Notes under the pieces: model-generated
Seen by the model: only the letters and a program-made list of their open reading frames with translations
Database searches by the model: none
What the model was told of the DNA's origin: nothing
Part shown: positions 1 to 12,300 of the stretch, one piece after another
How the letters are laid out: every line of letters begins with the position of its first letter
Position numbering within the stretch: the first letter of the stretch is position 1
Made by a program: the position numbers and the translations under genes
Assembly (NCBI GenBank): GCA_028711765.1
Contig: JAQTRP010000002.1
Coordinates: forward strand, 1-47,601
DNA length: 47,601 nucleotides
Direction: 5' to 3'
From: Candidatus Omnitrophota bacterium
Lineage (GTDB): Bacteria; Omnitrophota; Omnitrophia; Omnitrophales; JAQTRP01

Positions 1-356
1 GTTATGTATATGATGCACTTATTGGAGGGGTCGATATCAAGAGGCGCATTAGCAGGAAGAGTTCCATCGCATTGGGATAAGTAGCCTGCTTTCGTTTTAA
101 GAGGAAGCAGCGATTCAACGCCTGCATTTGCCAAATCCTGCATCGTTTTAGCTTCATCTTCAAACGTTGTTTTGTCTTCGTCTTTCTTCAAAAACTTGAA
201 CGCTGCTACAATACCACTATCTAATTCTATGGTCGCTGTACGGAAATACCACTTTACCTCATCCGGATTTTTCTTTTGCAACATCTCTATTAGTCCATCA
301 GCTGTATAATGTTTGCTGAATTCTAACAGTTCCAATTTGATCTCTTGATTAAGCTT
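1..356 (-). other. Module 25 (truncated by window edge): possible protein-kinase-like N-lobe
   Basis: Follows GASLG at 357-371. KLNQEIKLELLEF...DSGIVAAFKFLKKDEDKTTFEDEAKTMQDLANAG resembles a VAxK lysine strand plus a helix-C Glu. Only about 118 aa are visible. Confidence 0.25.
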
Positions 357-3300
357 CCCAAGCGATGCGCCGCCTTCCGGCTGGTAGCCATATAGACGAG
401 ATAGATACACCATATTGAATCCGGCCGCCTCAAAAGCCTTCGCCAGTCTCGGACTCTTTACTATTTCTACCCATACTCTATTTACTATCCGCCGAACTCG
501 TTCTCTTGTTAAACCAAACTGTAACCCGATTGCATTAAGAGTTTTGCCCTTGAGGCGTTCCGCAAAAATATCTACATTCCTAGCACTCACCATTTTGCGA
601 AGGATACCTTTTAACAAAGACTTCAGCTCTTCTATATCTAACTTGCCTAATGAAAGAGGCTCTTTTCGCCGTGAATCTATTCTTAACACCAAACTTGATT
701 CGTGAACCTCTCTCCGCTTCAACCTTTCATTGTCCGGGACTATAGATATTTGAAGCTGTCTTTTTCCGTTGCTACGTCTCAATAAGCTGAGTCTAATGCT
801 TGTTGAAAGATACGCATGAAATGGTTTTCCTTGTATATATTTCGCGATACATGTCCTAAGCCTATCTTCCCATTTAGACTCATCTAAATTAACCGGCGTA
901 CCGTTTACATGCACCAGGCAAGCGGCCCAATATCTAAACAATCTCTCCGCCAAACCGCGTAACACATAGTAACTGGCGCGATTGCCTTGCTGGGCATCTA
1001 CGGTCAATTTATTCTCCTCTTCGTCTGTCAACCCCTGTTTTAAGATATCATCTATAGTATCCGGCAGACGTTCGTGTCCCTCGTGCTCCCCCAATATAGA
1101 CCTTGCACTTTCCCAATCTTCATAAGTAAGATTAAGGACGGGCGGGTCTACAACCAAATCTTCTATCCCTAAATACCGTTTTAACGCTTTCAATGCGTTA
1201 GCCATGCTGTCGCAACGGAATTTTCTATTTGCCCACGCTAAAATACCTCCTAAACCCTTATTGTTAAACTTGGGCACAGGTTTACTAAAATCAAAAACAA
1301 CTAAAGCGCCCGGCTTTTCCTTCAAGGCCTCGGCAAGCAGTCCTACCATATGCAGTTTCGCTTTCCTTGTAGCCCGTTGCCATATACAGCGCACGACACC
1401 TTTTCCAAGTTTGAATAGGGGCAGTATGTTTTCTTCTGTTATATCTTGCGCTGAACGGTTTTGCCTTTTGTCCGCACCCAACAACCGTCCGGCTTGCCTC
1501 TCTGCCTGCCTGCCGGCAAGGCAGGCTTCCGGCTTCTCTTGACTATTGACTATGGACTCTGGATCATGGACTGCTTCACGGCCCAGTGACGAACCTTGGA
1601 AAGGAAGCTTGCGCTGAGCGGCAAGCTCAAAAGGATTTAAACCGTCTTTGACTAACTCCCGATTCACCCGCATCAATACCGCGGGAAGCAAGACGTGAGA
1701 GCACTCAAGCAGTTCCGCCAATTCGGTGGAACTCAGTTTTATTAATCTCTTTTCATAATTAACGCTGGGAACCGTTTTGTCGCCTAAGTTTTCTAACCGC
1801 CCCATACACGTTTTGACATAGTCCGCATTCACGGATCTTAAAAGCGCCCTGTCATAGTTTTTTCTTTTTTCGGGATCGGTTAATACTTCGCGGGCGCGTG
1901 TTATCCGGACAAACATTTCGCTACTTTCTCCGCCGCGATGGTCCGGATGATACCTCGCTGCCAGTCCTCGATACGCCTTTTTTATTTCTTGCGGGGCAGC
2001 ATCAAATGAAACTCCGAGTGTTTCATAATGACTTCTTCCGGATAAAAATTCGGGTATTCCCGGTATGGTTAGCGCCTTTTCATCCCGCATTTTTGCGAGG
2101 CGACGCAGTACAACCCAAAAACATGACTTTAGCACCATAATATCTATTCCTATCTTCCAGGCAATCTCCGTGCGGAAGGGGAGGCGCCTTCTCGCGGGAT
2201 TCTTTCTAAAAACCGCCAGAACATATTCCACCGCAACATCCACGGCTAACGCGTTAATTATTGGGGCAACCTCTTCCAATAATGGCCTAAAGTTTGAACC
2301 TTCAACGTTAAATATTTTTAATCTCTCGCGAAGTGCTAACCGGCCGATCCCGAGCAGTTTCGCAGCCCTAGACTTATTGCCGGAACACGCGGTGAGCGCC
2401 CACACGGTAAGGACTCTCCTCAGAGTACTTATTGTGATTATCTCCACGTACGGCCATTGTCTTGCAATTTCCAATACGCTGTCCTTGCCTAATCTCATCT
2501 TTATCATCCATTCATTAAGAGCCGATAGGCATATCCCCAAATGGCACGCTGCCTTACGCCTGTTAAATTTACCGTTTTCTGAAGTTTCTTTCAGGGCGTA
2601 TGCTACAAGCTTTCTTGTCCATGCCGCAATGTTGTATGCTTTGAAGTCAGGATCCCTAAAGATATCTTTTCTCTTTTTGCTCGCCGTTGGGGGTGAGCTC
2701 CTAAAAATTGGGCGATCGATATTAAATCCTTCAATGTCTTTTAAATAAAGCGTCCTCGTGCTGATTCCGAGCAGTTTCGCGGCCCTAGCCTTATCGCCGG
2801 AACATGCAGCGAGCGCCCGCCTAACAAGAACTTTTTCCAATGAACTCACCGTAATTATTGTCTGAAGCGGCCATTCTTTCGCTATTTCCTGAATATTGCC
2901 TTTAACTCTCATGCTGCGCATTAATCTATAAATAGTAGTCTTACTCATCCCTAAGCGCAACGCCATCTCTCCTCTGTTTAATTTCCCATCCTTCGAAGCT
3001 AACATAAGGGCGTATGCTACAAGCCTTCTTTTCCAAGTTTTAATTTTGTACGTATCCAGATCCGGAAATCCATCAGTATTTATCCCTAATGACGAGCCGG
3101 TAGTCCGGTTAGCCAGTAAGCTTGTTAGCGTGTTAGCCGGTTGGACAGTTATGGGCCCAACCCGCTCACTGGCGAACTCACTAACCGGCGCACCAACACG
3201 GCCCAGCGACGAGCCGTCCGCGGTGATACGCTTTTCGATTTCTTGATGCATCTTTGCCAGATCTTCGGGCAGGGTAGAATATCTACTGCTACTGCCGGAT

Positions 3301-6300
3301 GGAACTTTTTCTCCTCTAAGAGAATAGTAAACCGCTTCCGCCATTGCCTTAGTAATGCGGGAATCATACCCTTCTTCGTTGAATACGGGAGGCAGGACTA
3401 GGCCCTTTTTCAATTGCTCTTCGGAAACCATAGAGGCTAAAGCGAGGCTGGCTTGGGCAGATACTTCTTCGATATCAATACCGTCCGTTAAAAGTCCTTT
3501 TTCTAAGGCATCCGCTAAGGCGCGGAATACACCGGGAAAGGCATAACAATTATTTATGGTGGTAATTCCGGGAATGCCGAATCTGCCGCAGGCGGCCACC
3601 GATATATTATTGAATTTACCCTCTTTCTTTTGCTTCATAATCTCCCCTATATCAAACTCAGGGTCGGGATTGGCGCAGGCAAAAACAAAAGCGCCGTCCC
3701 TCATCCCCGAAAGAAGCTTTTCCTCTCTCCCCCAAAGAGCCTTCGGCTGAGAAAGCCCTATGAAACCATCCGCGCCACTAAGCGCCCCTTTGAGGTCGCC
3801 GGAGAAGTCTTTGTTATAGTCTAAAAGACCCTTTTTGACAGGGGTTAAATCCCTTCTTCCACTATGAATCACGCCTTTGGAATCAAAAACAATAATATGC
3901 TCGACCCCCAGCCTATGAAGAAGATGAGCGGATGCAACGGCTGACGCACCCGCTCCGTTAATCACAATCTTTGCCTCTTCCAACGGACGGCCGGAAATCT
4001 TCAGCGCATTGATTACCGCCGCGCATATAGTAATAGCGGTGCCGTGCTGATCGTCATGCATAGTAGGTATTTTAAGCTTTTCATTCAGGTGCCTCTCGAT
4101 CTTAAAACATACGGGGCTCGCGATATCTTCAAGCATTATGAGGACGTCCCCATACTCCTTTTTAAGCTTCTCAACCTCTTTTATTACCTTCCTCTCCACG
4201 CCGGCCAAATCTTTATTCTTCCACTCTCGCCGCGTATCAACTAACAAGATATTGGCATCTACATTGCCAAACCATTTAAGCAGCGCTTGTTTGCCTTCCA
4301 TAACCGGGCCCGCGCCCATGAACCCGATATTGCCCAAACCCAAAACAGCTGAACCATCTGTTACAATCCAGAGCTTGTGGCTTGGGTCGTTTTGAATGTG
4401 AACGAATTCCTTGAAATATTCTTCATTTTCCGCGGCCAACTTAGCTATCTCGGCTACTCCGGGGCTATAGATAGTGGCCATTATCTCTGCGGAAGATACC
4501 GGCACCACGCCAAGTTTATCCCATAAACCTCTCAAATATTTATAGGTACTTTTGGGTTGCGGGTTAACCAGCTTACCGGCTGACCGGCTAACCGGCTCAC
4601 CAGACCGCCCCAACGACGCGCCGGCAGTACCGGTTGTAAGTTGTAAGTTATAAGTTTTAAGTTGCTCATTCTGTAATGGTTTACTTACAACTAATAACTT
4701 AGAACTTATAACTGAATCTCCCTCCCCCAGCGACGAACCACCCTCTTTTTTGTCGTGAGGAGTCCTGAGCGAATCCGCCGCAGTTTTGGCGGACGAGTCG
4801 AAGGGCGACGCGCCCGTAGCCCAGTTAGCCGGTGAGCCTGTTAGCGTGTTAGCCGGTTGGACAGTTATGGGCCCAACCCGCTCACTGGCGAACTCACTAA
4901 CCGGCGCACCAACACGGCCCAGCGATGCGCCCTTCGACTGAAGCGCTTTCAGCACCTCACCCGCTTTCTCGCGGACCTTTGCGTCCGGCTCGTAATCAGC
5001 GTTTGCGGAACATTGAACCCAAGGAACAACACCCGCGTCCCTAAGCTCCGCGAGGACTTCGAGAATCGCCATACGCATGGCGGCATTCTGCTCATACACG
5101 GTATTCTGAACGATAGACGTTCCGTCCGGCCCGTAAACATTAGGCACAAGCCTCACGGCAAAACGCGGCGCGAGATCCTGGATAGCTGTGCCGCCCATAA
5201 TCGAGAAAAGCTCGCGGATCCTATCCCTATTTACAGCATCCGTTTCATACTCAGGATTCGCAATCGGCTTTCCGTCCGCTCCGCGCGTAAAGCAACAATT
5301 GGCGTCGTGTTCATACTTAATAAGCTTGCGCGCGATAAGGGCTTTACGGCGATCGTCAACAGATGCCTCCTCATTATGCTTCGCCATAGTTATGAGAGTA
5401 ACTAAAGCTGCCCTCCGGCCTACAAAATCTTCCTCGTTATAAGTGGGGTTTGAAAACAATTTTCCGTCAGGATGTTGCTTCACAACGTTTTGCTCATCGT
5501 ACGAATACTTGAAAAGCATCATATCTGCGAGAAATCTGGCTATTTCAGGCTTATACCACTTCACATTCTGCCTCATGTGGTTAATGGCACTAATCCTAGC
5601 AGACGGATTCTCAAGGTGTTTTATCAATTTCGTACGGTCATTTTGAACAGGAAGTTTGTTATCCTCCGGCTGCTCCGCCCCGCCTGCCCTGAGCGATGTC
5701 GAAGGGTTGGCAGATTTCTCGGGAGTTTTGCCTACGGGGCCCGCCCGATCGCCGAGCGAACGGCCGCCGCCGAGACGCTTTATTAAAATAGACAACGCCT
5801 GATTAAAAAAGTCCTCGATTGAATCGCGGTCGCGCAACTTGCCGGGAGTGATAAGATCCGCGCCCAAGGCCGTCAACTGAGACGCGAGCGATTCCTCGCC
5901 GTTTTCGGTTTGCGTTGAGTTAACAATCACAACCGGCTTTACGGCACAACGTTCTCTGATGAACCTTAAAACAGCCCGCCCGTCAATACGCTCACGACCT
6001 CCGCATCCTTCCTTTCCGAGATCAAGAACTACTATATGGATGCCCGGCGATTTGAATTCGGCGTAAACATCGACATTATTCGAAGCCGAGATAATATTTT
6101 CCTCAGCCACTCCCAAACGTTCCAACACTTCACGCAACGCCTCTGAATGGTTCTCGTCATCTTCGGCAATCAGAATCTTGATCGAAAATTTATTTATCAT
6201 AGCGCCCAAGCTCGAACCCTTAGTTCCATCCTCTTTGCTATCCTTTTTCTCTTCTTCGCGGCGCCTGAGCTCATCTTCAATGGCTTTCCGCGCGTCTTTC

Positions 6301-9300
6301 TTCGACTTGAAACCAAACGAAGACATAAGACTCCTTACCAATTCCTTGAGCCCCTTTCCGAATTTCGGTTTACTTGCCGTATGATCGCCTAGCTCGGAAA
6401 TGGCCTCGTCCATCCAGAATTGCCTCATTCCCTCATCCAAACCGCTACCGGGTGCGCCGGCTGATGCCGCGGCATAGCGGAACATATCGGCGGGAGGGCA
6501 CTGCCTCTTGGACAAGGTCACGATTTGGATGGTCCCTAATTTACTATCTTCCCTGCTAAGGACGGCCGGATCAATTTTTTCGGCGAGGGTTGAGCCGTCC
6601 TCGTACTTGATGCCGTACCAGCCTGAACCTACTTTTGTAATAATGACCATACTGCCGCCGTGGCTCTCGAGCGCATCGCGCATAAGCGAAATACCCGTTC
6701 CCGTGCCGCCCTCGGCAGGCGCGTCTTCAACGGAAACATGTTCGCTAACACCGACGTCGAAGAAATGATCGCGTTTGTATGAACTCATTCCGGCGCCGCT
6801 GCCCTTGAAACTAAGGACGATTTCATCCTTGGTCTCGGCGGCATCAAGCTCCACTCTGCCGCTTGTTCCGCCAAGCCGCCAGATGCAGTCCTCGAGCGCC
6901 TCCCTTGTGGCGCGCCTCAGGTAATTTCTGTTCGCCCACCTAAGGGATATTTCCTTATGGCCTTTAAGAAGAGCATTTTTCTTAATTCCAAAAATCTCAT
7001 CGATTCTCTTGCGGGCAAGCTTGTAAACTTCTTTCCTCGCCAGATTCTTTTGAATCTTAATATTTCCCCAGTCGATATTTTTTATCTCGCGCTCGCCTTT
7101 ATAACCGATCGCAATATTTGAATGGTCGATAGGCGTATACCATCTCCACAATAAAACCCTTCTCGCAAACTCCCGCGCTGCATCAAAGCTTTCGAGAACG
7201 CCGACGGCGTGGGGCTCTAGGGATTTCTCACTATGTCTCTTATGCTCTTCAAAGCGGCGATTCCGATAAGGCTTGATATCCGCCTTAATGAGTTCGTTGG
7301 CGTGGTTGATAATCTGGGCAAACTCGCGGAAGAGGAAGTACATCCTCTGCAGATAGTTCCTCTGGATTTGAGGATCGGTAACGATTCTTTTATTGATTTT
7401 CTTCTCGTCTACTTTCTTCCCGTCTTTCTCCTCGGTCAGCAGTTTGCTCATATTAAGAAGAAACGAAAAATAGCTCTGGCTGAACGCGGGTTTTGCCGTC
7501 GTGAACTTTTTCAACTCCGCGCGGCCGCGCAACACGATGTCTTGGTCTTTTACGCCTTCTTTATTTAACTCCCTAAAGGCTTTTTCGAATTCCGCCATGT
7601 CCGGCTGATAAACCCTGCGGATGCCTTTGTCTATTCCGGAGTCGACCCCATAAAGGTATTCCATAAACCGGTCATAGAGGTCGTGGTATTCCACAACAAT
7701 ATGGCCGAGATCCCGGAAAACGCTGAGTATAAACTGCGCCTCCGCCGCCCTGCGCGCAAGCGACGCCTTCTTCTGTTTGGTCTTCGCCCTCTCGAGGCGC
7801 CCTACAACCTCTATAACGGCCTTCTCGATTTTCCCGCCTTTTGCCTTGGGTTTGCGCACAATCTCTGATAATTTATCCAGCTTAGCCGCCGCGACACACC
7901 TTTCCCTCAAGGCTGTTAGTAAATTGTAACGCGCGTCAATAACGGGTTTCGAGAGCTCGGCCAGCCCGAGGGCGGTCATATTCTTATCGTATTTCCTAAG
8001 CATGAATACCCGCCGCGCGCGGGCTGATTCCGACACTGTCGATCTTATAATGCTGAAAATGGTCTGATATAAAGGCGCGCCAATCCAAGCAATGAAGACG
8101 TTGGCGGCATAATACGGAACCGAAATCTTAAAATTAAACCTTTCGGCCAGTGTTTTCTGCATTTCAGGGATGTAGTAGACTATTCTCTCCCTCTTGTCTT
8201 GGCGCTGATAATATGCCGAAAGTTCCGGATACTGCTTGCCCATTTTCAAGCCTACGGCGCTGACGCACAACGCCTTCGCCAAAAGGGCGAGCAAATAAGG
8301 AGGCGGCGTGAAGGTATAAGCCATCCAGAGGGCGGCGCTTCCTGTGAACACGGCCTTGAGCAAATAGTAAGCGACACTGTAGTAGGCCGCGTTCCAAGTC
8401 CCAAGAAGGACACTCGCTTTCTGGAGACGATTTGAGAATGAGCCGGAATAATGCTGGCCGAATCTATCGGCGATATGCATACACAGCGCGCCGGTCGCGA
8501 AGCTGACTAAAATCCCTTGCTGGCCCGGCACAAAGAGAGCCGCCGCAAACACAGACAGAATGAACGGAATGCGGAACGCGAAGAACGCAACCTCGTTGAG
8601 CCTGAGTTCGTCCGTAATGCCGGTGAGTTTGAAAATGACTTGCTTCGCGCCGAGCGACGAGCCCACCGAAGGCCGGCGGGGAGGCCTGAGCTTGTCGAAG
8701 GACGAGGAGCCGGCGAGCTTTCTCAGGAACTTTGTCATTGTCCTAGGGCTGAAATTTTTGGACGGCCTGTCGTTGTTAAGATGAACCGCGGCTGTTCCGT
8801 AATTACTCAGGATTTCTCCGTTCTTTCCGACATCATCCTTTGTGTGTACCACGTCCGAATCATACGAAATAAGATTGGGCCTTGCCTTATCGAGCAATGC
8901 TTCATCAAGTATTTTAGGTGAAATACAAACGCCCATTCTAAGCAGATAGAAAAGATCGGCCGCGCACGAAGGTGAATCATAACCGTCGAGCGGATATTGA
9001 GCGATAAACTTGTTGTAATTATTATCGTGAACCACATCCGTCCTAAGGCTGCCCGCATAGTTCATCACGGAAACCGCGGAGGCCGCTTCCTTCAACTTTC
9101 CAAGCACATCCTTACCGTATTTTTTCTCATAGGCCGCGAGTAAAGAACTAGCGCTTTCAACAACAAGTATAAGGTCCTTTCCTCTAATCTTTTTCTCCTC
9201 GAAACCGTAACGCCAGAAGCACGCCGGGTTATAACGGCGATCTCTTGCGTTCGCGCTGTAAAAATATGTGTCTAAATGGTCATAAAAAGACACCGCGAGG

Positions 9301-12300
9301 GGCCGGATTCCTGTCACGTCTTCCACCGCCTTTAAAAGCGCCAGCGAAGGATGATGATTTTTGCACGCAAGAAGAGGAATAAGGCCCGCGTCAATGGCCT
9401 TTTTGACATAACCCTTCAAGTACTCGACTTGCTCATTAAAATTCTCAAGACCAAGCAGAACTATGCTATCCGGAATTATGTAATAACCGTCCGGCACCGC
9501 GACTTTGCGCCCGCCAACCTTGACAAAGCGCTCTTCACCTAACGACTTGCCAAAACTGTCATTGCGAGCGGAGTCCCTGCCTGGCCGGCAGGCAGGCGCC
9601 GAAGGCGGACGAAGCGAAGCAATCTCAGAGCCATTGCTTAGAGATTGCCTGCCTGCCGGCAAGGCAGGCTTCGTCGGCCTTATGGCCTCCTCGCAATGAC
9701 GTATCAGCTTTCCTAATGACCTACCTTCTTTAGACTGTGGACTGTGGACTATGGACTGGGCTTCAACGCGGGAATAATCGGGCGGGACAAGCAAACCAAC
9801 ATTTTCGCGCAAATAAGATGAGAAATTAATCACCGCGAGCTTCTTTCTGAGATCGTCCGCGCTTATGTAATCCGCGCTCCAGGGTAACTCGACGATAGTT
9901 GACTCGGGAATCCGGATGTCCGGCAATGCCTGCTTGATTAGTTTTTTCCAGTAGTCGGACTGGAGCTTCTTCGCAGTAGCCGGCGTCTCTACTCTCGCGT
10001 CCTCATCACGTTTCTTTATCGCGGCGAATATGTCATCGCCCTCATAACCGACTTCGGCGCCGTAGCGCTTCTTGTTGCCGCTTGAGCGCTCAAATTTGTA
10101 TATAGGCACGGCATTGCCGTCCTTATCCTTGTCCGTCTTCTCGGCAATGGAATATTCTATCGGAGCGGAACTCTTGAGACTTCTAATCGTGACTAACCTT
10201 ATACTCGGATCTCCGTATTCGCAGGCGTTGATTTCGGGCGCCGCGTCGCCGTAATCGATAGATTCCTTTCTGCCATTAACAACAATGACATTGCCGAGCC
10301 TATCCTTAAAAGTCTTTTTGGCATCGTCCCGCTGAGTTTTCCTTATCATCGCGAGCGAGATGTGCGCCCTGCCCTCTTTTTCGTTTTCAAGGTCACGGCT
10401 TAAGGCGTGCTCACCGACAAAATACCTATCCGCAAGCGGCGTAAGCAGATTATCGACGTTCATATATTGGACATGCTCGACGCCGAGATCCTCAAGCCAC
10501 TTGACGGCCTCGGCCTCTACAAAATTACCCGCCTCATCCGACCAGACCTTGCCCTTTAGGCGTACGTCGGGATTCAAAACATAATCGAACGCGTCACCGT
10601 GTCCCGCTCCGCCGAGGTTGAGGCGGTCTTTTTTCGCTAAGAATGCCTTGCCGTCATTCTTCTCGCCCGGCTTTCTGATTAGGCCCGGTAAACCCTTCTG
10701 GCGAACAAAAATGACCCTGTCCTTAATATCCTGCCATTCCTTCAGGCTCATCAAATATTCGATTGTCTCTTTCTCTGTCTGCTCACTCAACATAAAGACA
10801 AAAGGATACATTTTCTTATGGCCGTAAGTCTGTGCCGCCGCTTGCAGCTTATGAATCAAGGCTTGATAAAGACTCTCTCCGCTCAACGGCGTTGCCGGGA
10901 ACATACCTTTGGGATGATCGTACTTAAGCCCTGAGCCGGTGCCGCCCGCGACTACGATGCCCGCGAACTTCGCTTTACCTTCATCCGCGCCCCAACGTAA
11001 AACTTCTTCGCCTTTAGCCGCCGCTTCAGGCCTTCTTTCCAAAATAGGTTTTGAAGGAATAAAACCTTTCGTATCAATCGAAAGTTTCTCTTTCCTTACG
11101 ACGAGCTTCTCGTAGAGCGCTGTTACTTCGGCCCAATCAACACCCTCGATATCGCCGAGGAGGTTCCCTCTTTCGGCATCGGTAAGCCCATCCCAGCCCG
11201 CGAGCAAATGCTCCTGCCCAAATTCCTTTAATTTCGCAAGCGCCGCTTGATAGCGCACCTCGAGAGATGAGCCGGAGGACGACCAGCCGCTTAAGTGAGA
11301 GTGATTTGCTATGTTAAAACCGCTCCCGCTAAAGGCCGCTATTAATCTTGGATTCTCTGCTATTTGTCTCTTTATTTCATTTGTTATCTGTCGAATTCGC
11401 TCCCTTGTTAAACTAAATTGTTTTCCTATTTCCTTAAGTGTTTTACCGCTAAGGCGTTCCGCGAAGATTTTTACATCCCTATCTTCTATCCCACTACCAA
11501 GAACACTCTTTAATAAAGACATCAAATCTTCTATCTCCAAGTCGTTTAAAAAAAGTGCCTTTTCGTCCCTTGAACGGCGGTTTAGCCCCAAGCCTAGTTC
11601 GTCAATTTCTCTCCGTTTAAGCGGTTCCTCATTTCTATCACCGGTAATTATAGATATTTGACGCTTCACTTTTCTATTAAAATATGCCCACAGGGCAAGT
11701 CCAATGCTTTTTGAAAGATACGCATGAAATGGCTTTCCTTGTTTATACCTTGTAACACATGTCTTAAGCCTTTCTTCCCAGGAGAATTCTTCAAATTTAT
11801 CACATGATATGCCGACCTTTTTCGCCGTATAATAGGCCCGATACCTAAATAGTCTTTCTGCTAAACTGCGTAGGACATAATAACTTGCAAGGTTGCCAAA
11901 CTGGGCATCTTCGGCTAACTCGTTCATCTCCTTTTCCGCTAATTTCTGGTTTAAGATACTATCTATTACATCCGGCAACTGTTCACATCCTTTGTGCCTA
12001 TACAAGATAGCCTTTGTCCTTCCCCAGTCTTCGTTCTTAAACCAGTCTTCGTTCTTAAAATTAAGAACGGGCTTAACAACAACCAAGTCCTTTATGCCCA
12101 AATGCTGTTTAAGCGCCTTCGATCCCTCGGTCAAGCTATTGCAGTGAAATTTCGCTACAGCCCAGTGTAAAAGACCTATTAACGACCTACCATTAAATTC
12201 GGGTGTGGATTTGTGAAAATCGAGAGGGATCAAAGCGCCCGGATCTTTCCTGACTGCCTTAGCGAGCAAATTTACTATATACAGCTTCGCCTTTTTTGTT

